Shown: positions 1 through 9,213 of the stretch, in pieces | How positions within the stretch are numbered: the stretch's first letter is position 1 | Layout: the number at the start of each line of letters is the position of its first letter | IMG/VR virus record: IMGVR_UViG_3300017766_004165 | Coordinates: 4,655 to 68,654 of that record | Origin: a virus | Reading direction: 5' to 3' (one strand) | DNA: 64,000 nucleotides | Notes under the pieces: generated by a model | What the model was told of the DNA's origin: nothing | Seen by the model: the letters and a program-made list of their open reading frames with translations, nothing else | Database searches by the model: none | Made by a program: the position numbers and the translations under genes

Positions 1-98
1 CTGTAATTGCTACATTTGGTCTTGGTGGTGATTATCAATTCAGAGTTTGGCATATTATTCCTATAACTGTTGTACCAGGTGCAAATCTTATTAACGTA

Positions 99-347
99 GT
101 GGCTACTGGAGATGGAACTGTAAATGATGCTGTTGGTATGGTAGTTTATGATAATACTGCTGCTGAAATAGCTGCTGCTGCTAGTGATCTTGATCTTAAC
201 ATTCCTTTTGCTTCACATAGTCTAAGAGGTACTACTTACGATATTGCTACTTGTGATGCTGGATACGCTTTAGATACATCTGGTGGCCCTGGTAATTATG
301 TATGTAGAAGAATAACTTATGGCATCTGTAATGCTATTGCACCTTAA
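99..347 (+). CDS. hypothetical protein (Ala/Thr/Gly-rich, possibly structural)
   Basis: ORF on the plus block at the window start; no recognisable motif; may be truncated upstream. Confidence 0.3.
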   Translation: MATGDGTVNDAVGMVVYDNTAAEIAAAASDLDLNIPFASHSLRGTTYDIATCDAGYALDTSGGPGNYVCRRITYGICNAIAP

Positions 348-372
348 TAATTTAAAAATTAAATGATAAAAA

Positions 373-942
373 ATGAAACTTAGACATTTTTATAGGATAG
401 ATCAAAACACAAAACAACCTATCCCTGGTTCAAATATGAAAAGAAAATCTTCTCCAGGTAAATTCTGGAAAGAGATTCTCGATCCTTGTTGTTCTCCAAC
501 AACTATTGATTGTACCTGTGGCCCAAGATTTTTTATTCAAATAGATGGTCTTGGTAAACCTATACCTGGATCTCTTATTAAAAGATTTTTGTTTCCTAAA
601 ATGGAACAAGGTATTAGATATGTAGAAATTAATTGGAAATCAGTATGTTGTAACAATATTACTTGGGATTTTAATGCAGAAGATAGCACAGGAGAATTAA
701 CTATTACAGTTAATGGTTATCCTAAAGTAAGTTCTACTATAACATCAGATGGTGTATTTAAACCTAATTTTGGTGATACTATTGAAATTACAGTTCAAAA
801 CGATGGTATAAATCCTTCTAACGTAATTAATGTTGGTGGTGTAGTTGTTTATTCTGCATCTGAAATCAATTCTGTATATTCTTTTATATGGGATGGTAGT
901 CAGACTCACATAAGTGCAACTATTACTAGTACTCCAGATTAA
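373..942 (+). CDS. hypothetical protein
   Basis: 189-aa ORF, same strand as neighbours; no motif recognised. Confidence 0.35.
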   Translation: MKLRHFYRIDQNTKQPIPGSNMKRKSSPGKFWKEILDPCCSPTTIDCTCGPRFFIQIDGLGKPIPGSLIKRFLFPKMEQGIRYVEINWKSVCCNNITWDFNAEDSTGELTITVNGYPKVSSTITSDGVFKPNFGDTIEITVQNDGINPSNVINVGGVVVYSASEINSVYSFIWDGSQTHISATITSTPD

Positions 943-956
943 TTAAAAACAAACCA

Positions 957-1244
957 ATGATAGTCGAAAAAATAAATATACCAAAATTAATGTTGGATAA
1001 TGATGCTGCTTATATTAACCATGTAGAAGCAGTAATCAAATCAATAGATGAGGAGTGTAAATTAAACATCAGAAAAAGAAGTGATTCTTTGGCGTTTCAA
1101 GTAACTCCTTCTATATCAGCTTTAAAACCGTTTATTATTAAAGCTATCAGAAAATCACACTATAAACTTGGTTTGAAAATAGACTTTTCAAAATCTGTAA
1201 ATGCGTCAGACCTGATCTCGTTTTGGACTTGTTTCAATGACTGA
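957..1244 (+). CDS. hypothetical protein
   Basis: 95-aa ORF, last gene of the plus block before the convergent terminator. Confidence 0.3.
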   Translation: MIVEKINIPKLMLDNDAAYINHVEAVIKSIDEECKLNIRKRSDSLAFQVTPSISALKPFIIKAIRKSHYKLGLKIDFSKSVNASDLISFWTCFND

Positions 1245-1289
1245 GCTAAAGCATAGGCGATTTACCTGCTATATCTAACAAAAAAAAAT

Positions 1290-1321
1290 AACCCCAACCT
1301 GATATTATTCAAGTTGGGGTT
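1290..1321. terminator. rho-independent terminator hairpin at a convergence point
   Basis: 9-bp perfect stem AACCCCAAC/GTTGGGGTT with a 14-nt loop. A-run on one side gives a U-tract for the minus-strand transcript. Sits between the end of the plus block (1244) and the end of the minus block (1353). Confidence 0.6.
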
Positions 1322-1352
1322 ATTAGCTACAATACAAACAAAAGAAAAGATC

Positions 1353-1772
1353 TTATACTTCGATTTCTTTAAGAGCTGCATAATAAGCAGGTACATCATC
1401 TCCTGTAAGCATGATTTCAGATTGAACCCATACTCTACTTTTTTCTTCAATAATGTCATTCTTAGTAATTGGCCCTTTTTTAGCAGGATTCTTAAGAACA
1501 GGTGTTTTTTGAGTTTCCTCATGTCCATCATCTAACAGAACAATTAATTGTCCTTCGCTAACAGTGTGACTTCTAATAACTTTTGATAAGTTAAAGTTAT
1601 CTTCGTAAATTTTTACTTCTGTTTCAAACTTACCTGGAATTACTTCATCTACTTCTGTTTCTACTCCATCTATTTCTTTTTTTACCTTCTGAGTCAGAGG
1701 GATAGGCGATCCTTGTTCGTCTAACTTTTTTACTGTTGCTTCTCTTTTAAAGAAGAAGAATTGTTTTGCCAT
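1353..1772 (-). CDS. hypothetical protein
   Basis: 139-aa ORF, first gene of the long minus block; no motif. Confidence 0.4.
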   Translation of the reverse strand: MAKQFFFFKREATVKKLDEQGSPIPLTQKVKKEIDGVETEVDEVIPGKFETEVKIYEDNFNLSKVIRSHTVSEGQLIVLLDDGHEETQKTPVLKNPAKKGPITKNDIIEEKSRVWVQSEIMLTGDDVPAYYAALKEIEV

Positions 1773-1775
1773 GAA

Positions 1776-2306
1776 TTATTGATTTTTATTTAATGAGTTT
1801 AATTGATTAAGCAATTCCTGAGCTACTGCGAAATCTTTGTTTTGTACAGCTTGATTTAACAAGTTTTGAATTTGTTCAGCATCCCATTTAGGATCAACTT
1901 CAAATTGTTTTTCCTGGATCATTAGATGCTCTTTTCCTTCAGGACTTCTGTGATATTTGATATTGTACTGCTTACCTAAAAGGGATACAGTTACATAGTC
2001 AAATTGGCCATTGAATCTTTGAAGTCTTTCTTCAAAATTATCAAATCTGAAGCAATTAGGACAAAAACAATCAGGATTAATATCACCCTCTGGGGTTTTT
2101 TCAGTAACAACTTGTTTTTGAGCTTTAGCTTGTGCTTGAGCAGGATTAAGTTTTTTCATAATTTGATTTACAGCAGTATCAATTTCTTGATCTGTTTTAC
2201 CATTTAACTTTAAAATAGCAGCACTCTCTACTTTAATCCCTTTTTGGCCAAGAGATCCAATAAGATTCTCAACCATATTTTTCATTTTTTGTTCTTCGCT
2301 TGCCAT
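1776..2306 (-). CDS. hypothetical protein
   Basis: 176-aa ORF, 4-nt spacing from its neighbour; no motif. Confidence 0.4.
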   Translation of the reverse strand: MASEEQKMKNMVENLIGSLGQKGIKVESAAILKLNGKTDQEIDTAVNQIMKKLNPAQAQAKAQKQVVTEKTPEGDINPDCFCPNCFRFDNFEERLQRFNGQFDYVTVSLLGKQYNIKYHRSPEGKEHLMIQEKQFEVDPKWDAEQIQNLLNQAVQNKDFAVAQELLNQLNSLNKNQ

Positions 2307-2307
2307 A

Positions 2308-2802
2308 TTATTGGTTTAAAAGTTTAATAAATAGTTCTTCTCTTTTCTTCACTAAAAAAGGCACTTTATCAGGAAATGTCTCATATTTGTTATGACAATC
2401 TGGACATAATATAGCAATATTTTCCTTTAAGTGTCTAAGTTCTGGATAATTTCTTTTTTCAAGAATATGATGAAAATACATTAAGTTAGGTTCATCAGGT
2501 AGACTTACCTTACATTCTGGATTTTCACATTGACAAGTTCTTACTTTTTTATAAGTATTTGGTACATAAGGATTAGGATAAAAAAATCTGTCTCTCCATA
2601 CATCCAGATAGAACTTCTTGTCTTCCTCTAGTAGTTCTTTTTTTAGTGTTATTTTAAAGACTTGCTTTTTGCTCATCTTTGTTATTTGTTTTGGTGGTTG
2701 AAGTTTATATGTACAAGATTTGCAGTACTTCTTACCTTTTATATTTTTATAAATGTAAGTTAGGTCATTGCAACCTGCACATATTTTCTTCTTTGTTACC
2801 AT
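2308..2802 (-). CDS. HNH endonuclease-like Cys-rich protein
   Basis: CxxC pairs (CAGCN, CKSC) plus C-terminal ILCPDCHNKYE, which resembles an HNH motif; sits immediately upstream of recA. Confidence 0.45.
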   Translation of the reverse strand: MVTKKKICAGCNDLTYIYKNIKGKKYCKSCTYKLQPPKQITKMSKKQVFKITLKKELLEEDKKFYLDVWRDRFFYPNPYVPNTYKKVRTCQCENPECKVSLPDEPNLMYFHHILEKRNYPELRHLKENIAILCPDCHNKYETFPDKVPFLVKKREELFIKLLNQ

Positions 2803-2984
2803 ATTTTACTTGCTTGTAGATTACCTTTTAGGATCTTCTTAGCTGCTCTGGCTTGTTTAAGTGTAATAGCATTAAGACTATCTTTACCCACTCTTACTCT
2901 GTATCTATTATCAACTTTATAGATATTTTTTTCTATATAAGTGTAGTCATTTTTACGAGAACTGTTTTTCACTTGTTTTTTCAT
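2796..2984 (-). CDS. small basic protein
   Basis: 62-aa Lys/Arg-rich ORF overlapping its neighbour by a few nt. Confidence 0.25.
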   Translation of the reverse strand: MKKQVKNSSRKNDYTYIEKNIYKVDNRYRVRVGKDSLNAITLKQARAAKKILKGNLQASKIW

Positions 2985-2986
2985 AT

Positions 2987-4006
2987 TTATTGTTTAGATT
3001 TTTTTTGAATTTCGATCATTACTTTTGCAAGAATCTCAGCTTGAAGTTCTTCATTATCTCTAAAAAGCTGAGTTACAGCATCTTTACCCTGTCCAAGTTT
3101 GTTATTTTCATAACTAAACCATGAACCTGATTTATTAATGATTCCTAATTCAACACCAGCATCTAAGATTTCAGTTACTTTATCAATACCAATACCAAAA
3201 ATGATGTTAAATTCAGCTTTTTTAAACGGTGGAGCTACTTTATTTTTAATAACCTTTACAGTTATTGGATGTCCAATAGCTTCATCATGACTGTCTTTAA
3301 TCATGTTTGCATTAGATATGCTTCTTCTTACATCCAGTCTTACAGACGCATAAAATTTCAGCGCATTACCACCAGTGGTTACTTCTGGAGAACCAAACAT
3401 AACACCAATTTTCTCTCTTAACTGATTAATAAATATAAGAGTTGTGTTAGTTCTAGCTACTGATGCTGTAAGCTTTCTGAGAGCTTGAGACATCAACCTG
3501 GCATGAAGACCCATTTTGCTGTCTCCCATTTCCCCATCTAGTTCACCTTTAGGTACGAGAGCTGCTACTGAGTCAATTACAACTACGTCAAAAGAACCTG
3601 TGCAAACCATTCTATCAGCTATTTCCAGAGCTTGTTCACCATAATCAGGTTGTGAAATTAGAAGACTATCAACGTCTACTCCAATTTTAGCTGCATATTC
3701 TTTATCAAATGCGTGTTCAGCATCAATAAATCCTACATAGCCACCTTTCTTTTGTGCTTCTGCCATAACGTGAGTAGCAATAGTTGTCTTACCAGAAGAC
3801 TCAGGGCCATAAATTTCAACAACTCTGCCTCTTGGTAATCCACCAATTCCTAAAGCCAAATCTAGCCCTAAAGAACCCGTAGATATTACATTAGCAGGAT
3901 CAAAATTAGGTTTTTCATTAAGAGTCATAATAGTTCCTTTACCATAATCTTTGTCTGTTTTGTCTACCATCAATTTGATGGCTTTTACTTTTTCTGCATT
4001 ATCCAT
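2987..4006 (-). CDS. recA: RecA recombinase
   Basis: Sequence [26 protein letters not shown] is a near-identical match to the RecA Walker A / L1 region; 339 aa is the expected length. Confidence 0.9.
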   Translation of the reverse strand: MDNAEKVKAIKLMVDKTDKDYGKGTIMTLNEKPNFDPANVISTGSLGLDLALGIGGLPRGRVVEIYGPESSGKTTIATHVMAEAQKKGGYVGFIDAEHAFDKEYAAKIGVDVDSLLISQPDYGEQALEIADRMVCTGSFDVVVIDSVAALVPKGELDGEMGDSKMGLHARLMSQALRKLTASVARTNTTLIFINQLREKIGVMFGSPEVTTGGNALKFYASVRLDVRRSISNANMIKDSHDEAIGHPITVKVIKNKVAPPFKKAEFNIIFGIGIDKVTEILDAGVELGIINKSGSWFSYENNKLGQGKDAVTQLFRDNEELQAEILAKVMIEIQKKSKQ

Positions 4007-4040
4007 TAGTTTGTTTTTGATTCATGTAAAGATATGAAAA

Positions 4041-4070
4041 TGCCCGGAATTAAACAAATAATTTCGGGCA
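4041..4070. terminator. hairpin terminator between the dNTPase gene and recA
   Basis: 10-bp stem TGCCCGGAAT/ATTTCGGGCA (one G-U pair), 10-nt loop, T6 run on the plus side and an A-run on the other; lies directly after the stop codon of 4075-4896. Confidence 0.5.
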
Positions 4071-4074
4071 TTTT

Positions 4075-4896
4075 TTAAACTAATTCTTTAAGAGATTTAA
4101 TTCTCTTAAAACCAACATCATATCTCCTGTTGTGTGGAGCATCATAGAGATAAGTAAGAATACCAGCTTTATTTAACTCTACAAAGTTTTCATATCTATC
4201 ATCTACATAGATGTCTATTCCTGCTTGTTTTGCTACCTCTACTTTAGAGGTATTAGGAGGAACTGTATAAACTGGTCTAACGGGAAATCCATTAAGATCC
4301 AGCCACTTGGTAGTTATTTCATTAGGTATTCTTCTAGAGGTTATGTAACAATGTGGCTCAAAAGGAATATCTTCTGGTTTTAAAAGTGCTGGAAGATTTA
4401 AATAATATTCATTTAAATTGCCACTTTTCTCTAGTTTATCAAATTCTTCCACAATTTGTCTGTGAAAACCCCAAGATGTAGGTATAGGAAGATTATGGGT
4501 TTTACACCATGTTCCTAACCAATCACACAATACTTCATCTATATCAAGTCCTATTTTTGGAGGATTTAAATATTTATGAGGTCTATCATCTCCCCAGGGA
4601 TGTATCTTGTAATAAGCACTAAGAAAGTGAGCATTACAAGCTAAATGATCAATATGAAGTTTACCAGATTCAGAATCAAAATCTTCTCCTGATTCAATCG
4701 CAGCTAAGTGTCTCTTTAAAGACGCTATCAATTTACTCCAGGGCATTCCTTTTTCCCAATTTCTGTCTTCATATTTTTGTGCGCCAAAAGTAAGTATTTC
4801 TACCATTCTTTTGTGTGCATCAGGATTTACAAGATCATATCTTGGTTTTCCTGAATCGTATTTGATTCCTGTTGTAATTGGTTTTAAATCACTCAT
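4075..4896 (-). CDS. fusion of a phage-type dATP/dGTP pyrophosphohydrolase N-domain and a HAD-family 5'(3')-deoxyribonucleotidase
   Basis: N-terminal DSGKPRYDL...FGAQKY...NWEKG resembles the dATP/dGTP diphosphohydrolase N-domain found in phages. C-terminal LDIDEVLCDW matches HAD motif I (DxDxV) of NT5C-type deoxynucleotidases. Confidence 0.5.
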   Translation of the reverse strand: MSDLKPITTGIKYDSGKPRYDLVNPDAHKRMVEILTFGAQKYEDRNWEKGMPWSKLIASLKRHLAAIESGEDFDSESGKLHIDHLACNAHFLSAYYKIHPWGDDRPHKYLNPPKIGLDIDEVLCDWLGTWCKTHNLPIPTSWGFHRQIVEEFDKLEKSGNLNEYYLNLPALLKPEDIPFEPHCYITSRRIPNEITTKWLDLNGFPVRPVYTVPPNTSKVEVAKQAGIDIYVDDRYENFVELNKAGILTYLYDAPHNRRYDVGFKRIKSLKELV

Positions 4897-5074
4897 TAGT
4901 TTTTAATTTTCTACTTCAAACTGAAAATCTCCGTTTTCATCTTCAATTTCCCAGTCTTCAGCATTTATTACAGTTTCTTTTAATTCTTGAGAAGCTTCTT
5001 CAAACGAAATAGCAGAAATTAATATGGAACTTGAAAGAAATTTATGATTAAAAGTATAAATACTCATATCCATA

Positions 5075-5401
5075 TTATGAAATTCTGTCAATTTCAGCAG
5101 CAATTAAAGCTCCTGCAATGACAAGCCTCTCCTTGTAAGGCTTTCTAATCATTTTATTCCAGGCGTCAGAATCCCACCCAACAGGAGGAGTTTCGCCTTG
5201 AGATTGAAGATATGTACCCATTAATCCTTCAGGTACATTCATTGTAAGAACTGAGGCAGCATCAGTAAGTTGACCTTCGTTATTTTGTTCAACGTCCAGT
5301 TCTACTGTTCTACCATGTTTAGTTAATTGCTCTTTTCTTTCTTGAGTAATTAGCTCAATACCTGTGGATACCCGGCAATTCGATTGGTTTGTTTGATTCA
5401 T
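5075..5401 (-). CDS. hypothetical protein
   Basis: 108-aa ORF; no motif. Confidence 0.3.
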   Translation of the reverse strand: MNQTNQSNCRVSTGIELITQERKEQLTKHGRTVELDVEQNNEGQLTDAASVLTMNVPEGLMGTYLQSQGETPPVGWDSDAWNKMIRKPYKERLVIAGALIAAEIDRIS

Positions 5402-5624
5402 TTTTTAATGGTTTTAAAAGGATATGTGTTCCTGTTTTATTAACTTCGGTGTAAGAAACTTTGCTAGTTTCTTTTAATTCTGAACTAAGAACTTTTACAT
5501 TCTCAGTATCTTTGAAGCTATACCAAGTATTCTGTTCAAATTCTTGTACAGCTTCGTCTACATTAAGATCTGTTTCAATTTCTATCATTAATGTAGCAAA
5601 AAGTCTAATTGTCTTTGTACTCAT
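5355..5624 (-). CDS. hypothetical protein
   Basis: 89-aa ORF; no motif. Confidence 0.3.
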   Translation of the reverse strand: MSTKTIRLFATLMIEIETDLNVDEAVQEFEQNTWYSFKDTENVKVLSSELKETSKVSYTEVNKTGTHILLKPLKNESNKPIELPGIHRY

Positions 5625-5626
5625 AG

Positions 5627-6304
5627 TTATAAGTTTGCTAATTCAACAATAGGTAGTCTACCATTGTCAAGAACAAGTCCTGAACCAATAATAGGCTTTT
5701 TAGTTAAACTTTTACCATACTCAAACACATAAGCATCTTTATCAATTCCACATCCTACATTCATACCAAAGATTTTGTCTTTGATAGATACAGAATATTG
5801 AACAAATGAAACACTGTGTAAATGTCCTTGTACAGTTGAAATTCTACTTTCTCTTGCTCTTTTAATAGCATCTCCAGTAGAACCATGAGTATAAAGAACA
5901 TTATTCTTTACGTACTCATGTTTAAATTCCCAAGCTCTTGGAGCTTCAATGACATCTTTAAAGTCTTTAAGAAATCTTGCAGAAAGACCTGCTGTTTTGG
6001 CTTTTCTGGCAATCAATAGGTCATGATTACCAAACATAACAGTTGCTTTTGGAAAAGCTCTATACCATCTCTGAAGTCTTCTAACTGAAAGACTTAATTC
6101 ATCACCAACAGATAATCCATCTGGATCTGATTCATGATAATTCCATGCGTGAGCGTCAATAATGTCTCCAATAAAAATAACTTCATTACAGTTATATTTA
6201 TTATAGAGATTTACATTAAATGCCAGGTAAGAGTCAAGGCAAAAAGGTTCATGTAAATCTCCAATTACTAAAATGTTATTTGTTTTCTTTTGGTCTCTAC
6301 CCAT
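5627..6304 (-). CDS. calcineurin-like metallophosphoesterase (paralog 1)
   Basis: Motifs GDLHEP, FIGDIID, FGNHD and THGS follow the DxH...GDxxD...GNH(D/E) signature. Confidence 0.7.
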   Translation of the reverse strand: MGRDQKKTNNILVIGDLHEPFCLDSYLAFNVNLYNKYNCNEVIFIGDIIDAHAWNYHESDPDGLSVGDELSLSVRRLQRWYRAFPKATVMFGNHDLLIARKAKTAGLSARFLKDFKDVIEAPRAWEFKHEYVKNNVLYTHGSTGDAIKRARESRISTVQGHLHSVSFVQYSVSIKDKIFGMNVGCGIDKDAYVFEYGKSLTKKPIIGSGLVLDNGRLPIVELANL

Positions 6305-6345
6305 GTTAATTGGTTTATATTAAAAATATGCTGTAAAGATAGGAA

Positions 6346-8193
6346 TTATATTTCACATTTCCCACCTGCACAGGCAGCATCTTGTGTAAAAGATGTATGA
6401 TCGTCAACTTCCTGAACTTTGGTAAGATCTACGTCTACCAGAGTTTTCATTCTTTTTAAATACTCTTCTTCAGAGCAGCTTTCAAAAGGAGTTTGTATAT
6501 AAGAACCCCCATCAAAAGGAAGTACAGAAAGTCCATTATAATGTTCTTTGTTTACCCACATCCATTCTCCTACTATTTTCCATTCTTCAGGTTTAATAGA
6601 GATAGTTGCGCTAACATTATGTGTATTAACACCTTCTCTATGGCCTGATCTGATCCATTCTTTAGAGAATTTTTTAACTCTTTCAAGAAGATCTAATGCA
6701 GATTCAGTTCTGAAAATAGCACCTTCTGGAGCTTTAAGTGGAATTCTTACGCAAAGTACATCACTTCTGAGTTGATCTACTTCTGTCAGTTCTGGATGAT
6801 TTACAATCATATAGGATGCAACATCCTCATTCATGTTAAATCTCACAGTTCTAAGAATCCATTTATCATGCCAAGCATGAATACCAGAAGCAATAGTTCC
6901 AAGTACCAGGGAAGTTGTTCCAGATGGAGCTTCCCATGTAGTTCTGGAGGCTGGGTTAATATCAATAGCTTCAGAAGTTTCTTGATTGGATTTTTTGACA
7001 ATTTCAGCAGCTTGTCTTAAGTCAAGTTTTAATACTTTTCCAGAAGCTACTCCTGTCATACCAATCCCAAGAAGCGCATCTTTTTCAGTAGTTCTTTTCC
7101 AAATAGGCCTGAGATAGTGAAAATCTGTAAAACCAGCTTGAAGTGTACCAAAGAAAGCAGCTATTTCAGCTCTTTTATTCAGTTCTTCTTGAGTATCAAT
7201 ATCATCTGCATTAATTTCAGTTTTATTACAAAATTGAAAAGCTCTAAGAGCAGCTTCACAGCATGGATTTGTACCCCATTCAATATCATTAGTCCAATAG
7301 ATTCCTGGTTCACCAGAACCAGAAAGCTCTATTTTTCTCCATAATTTAAAGAATTCTTCTTCAGAGATCTCATCTCTTTTGAGAACAGCAGAGTTATTAG
7401 CTCTTCCTCTTTGTTCATTAAGCTCCCACCATTTACCATACTTGCATTCAAGCATTTCTGTGTCATCATGGCTGAAAAGTGCAATCATGGCAGCTCTTCT
7501 GATTCCACCTGCCAAAACAGCATTAGCAATATGGCACATAATATCATGACATTCAAGGGGTGTCAACAATTCCCCATTATTCTTTCTTTCCAGAACTAAT
7601 CTGATTTTTAGCAAACAAAGCTTAAGTGGCTCAGGCCCAGGAGCTTTACCACCTGCTGTCACCAATCTTGCACCTTTTGGTCTAATATCAGAAAAATCAA
7701 AGTCTGGTAAAGTAGATCCTTCCAGATAGGCTTTCATAAGCACTTTAACAGCGTCAGCCCAGCCTATAATAGAATCTTGAATCAAATACCTTCTAGTCTT
7801 TGTAGGCTTGTAAATTGGCCCTAATTGAGCCACATGATGCTTTTGTACAGAGTAGCCTACTCCTGTGCCACCTAAAAGGAGGAACATAGTCTCTGAAAAA
7901 GCGTGAATACTGTCAACAGGCAAATAGCAACAGTTATAGCCTCTGGCGTTGTTTACTTCCATAGCTGGCCCAGCAAACTGCAAAGCTCTCATACTTGGAA
8001 GCACTTTCTTTTGTCGGATAAAAGCACCATTAAGCTTTATTTTGTGCCTTAATGATGGATATTTCCTACTCATCATAGCCAAATATCTATCTACAATTTC
8101 ATCCCAGGTCTCTCTTCTTTTTAGATCCGGCCTATACTTAGCATACTTTGAAAATACTATCAAAGAACTTAAAATTTCTTTTTCTTTGGTCAT
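6346..8193 (-). CDS. nrdJ: ribonucleotide reductase, class II (adenosylcobalamin-type, NrdJ-like)
   Basis: GGTGVGYS and DIRPKGA segments; TNPCCEAAL resembles the NPCGE thiyl-radical loop; C-terminal CAGGKCEI gives the usual C-terminal Cys pair; 615 aa. The class assignment is by motif recall only. Confidence 0.65.
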   Translation of the reverse strand: MTKEKEILSSLIVFSKYAKYRPDLKRRETWDEIVDRYLAMMSRKYPSLRHKIKLNGAFIRQKKVLPSMRALQFAGPAMEVNNARGYNCCYLPVDSIHAFSETMFLLLGGTGVGYSVQKHHVAQLGPIYKPTKTRRYLIQDSIIGWADAVKVLMKAYLEGSTLPDFDFSDIRPKGARLVTAGGKAPGPEPLKLCLLKIRLVLERKNNGELLTPLECHDIMCHIANAVLAGGIRRAAMIALFSHDDTEMLECKYGKWWELNEQRGRANNSAVLKRDEISEEEFFKLWRKIELSGSGEPGIYWTNDIEWGTNPCCEAALRAFQFCNKTEINADDIDTQEELNKRAEIAAFFGTLQAGFTDFHYLRPIWKRTTEKDALLGIGMTGVASGKVLKLDLRQAAEIVKKSNQETSEAIDINPASRTTWEAPSGTTSLVLGTIASGIHAWHDKWILRTVRFNMNEDVASYMIVNHPELTEVDQLRSDVLCVRIPLKAPEGAIFRTESALDLLERVKKFSKEWIRSGHREGVNTHNVSATISIKPEEWKIVGEWMWVNKEHYNGLSVLPFDGGSYIQTPFESCSEEEYLKRMKTLVDVDLTKVQEVDDHTSFTQDAACAGGKCEI

Positions 8194-8289
8194 TAGTTGT
8201 CATAAATTTATATTGTGAAAAAAGGACTGCGAATTTAAAGTTGTTATTTGTAAATTCCAAATTAAATCGGTGACAACAAGAAATAAAGT

Positions 8290-8302
8290 TTAACTAAGTT
8301 AA
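8290..8302. promoter_or_regulatory. palindromic site TTAACTAAGTTAA (copy 1)
   Basis: 13-bp palindrome TTAACTnAGTTAA in the RNR upstream intergenic region; a second copy lies 68 bp away. Confidence 0.3.
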
Positions 8303-8357
8303 TTATTTATTAGCGGCATTTGATTTTCACCAATTAACGCCCAGTGCTAACTTTTCA

Positions 8358-8370
8358 TTAACTTAGTTAA
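8358..8370. promoter_or_regulatory. palindromic site TTAACTTAGTTAA (copy 2)
   Basis: Same palindrome read on the other strand, directly after the stop of the 8375-9112 gene. Confidence 0.3.
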
Positions 8371-8374
8371 TCTT

Positions 8375-9112
8375 TCATTTAAGTTCATAAACTTCGTTAA
8401 CATTCAAAAGTCGAAATTCTGTTCCATCTTTTTTCAGAACTTTAGAATTATGGAAATGTCCATAAAACCAATGAGTTGGTCTTTGATTGTATAGCATAGT
8501 AAGATCATCATAAACAACATCTACTAAACCTCTTTCATGTTCCAACTCAAATCTTAAATCTTCACCGTATTGCTTTTCAATAGCTACATAAGTATCTACG
8601 AGATCATTTTTACTTCCAATAGGAGGGCAAAAGCTTGGTGCTGTGTGTGTTACAACAACATCAATTTTAATATCTTTATTAAAGATTTTTCCAAATTTAT
8701 GTTCATCATATTTGAAAATTTCATCAGCCCACCAAGAAGGGTAAGGTACATCACTCATTCTAGGTCTTCTATCAATAGAAGTTGCTCCACCTATAAATAG
8801 TATGTTTTTATCTTCAATTTTAATAACTGAATAATCATCAACTAAGTGAAGATTGTGAAATTTTGGCAGATTTAAACCTTTTGATTTATCCCAAAAAATA
8901 GGATTATCGTGATTTCCTCTAATTACATATAAATGATTATTAGTATCCATCAACATTTCATCAGTAGCTTCCAGATTCTTGAGATCTTGAGTAATACTGA
9001 CAAAACCAAGACCGAAATCTCCTACGTGGATAAGTTTCTGTCCTTCAAGTTTTAATCTGTCAATAATATTAAAAACAGGTCTTATTCCATGTGTATCACC
9101 AATCAAGTACAT
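8375..9112 (-). CDS. calcineurin-like metallophosphoesterase (paralog 2)
   Basis: Motifs GDTHG, VGDFG, RGNHDN and GHFH. Confidence 0.7.
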   Translation of the reverse strand: MYLIGDTHGIRPVFNIIDRLKLEGQKLIHVGDFGLGFVSITQDLKNLEATDEMLMDTNNHLYVIRGNHDNPIFWDKSKGLNLPKFHNLHLVDDYSVIKIEDKNILFIGGATSIDRRPRMSDVPYPSWWADEIFKYDEHKFGKIFNKDIKIDVVVTHTAPSFCPPIGSKNDLVDTYVAIEKQYGEDLRFELEHERGLVDVVYDDLTMLYNQRPTHWFYGHFHNSKVLKKDGTEFRLLNVNEVYELK

Positions 9113-9213
9113 TTGCTCTTGGTTTTAAATTTTTAATTAATTCGCCAAAGCCTAAACTGGCTTTAACATTTTTTCTGTTTTGGCTGCGTTCTCTTTTAGC
9201 TTCAGATTGCGAT

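Noticed and set aside
2987-4006. Intein or intron in recA, suggested by the adjacent HNH gene
   Set aside because: RecA motifs are contiguous and the protein has normal length (339 aa). There is no insertion.
6548-8218. Plus-strand ORFs (6548-6775, 6772-7020, 7117-7344, 7411-7599, 7949-8218) antisense to the RNR gene
   Set aside because: These are shadow ORFs inside a long conserved-motif gene on the opposite strand. They have low-complexity hydrophobic composition typical of antisense AT-rich frames.
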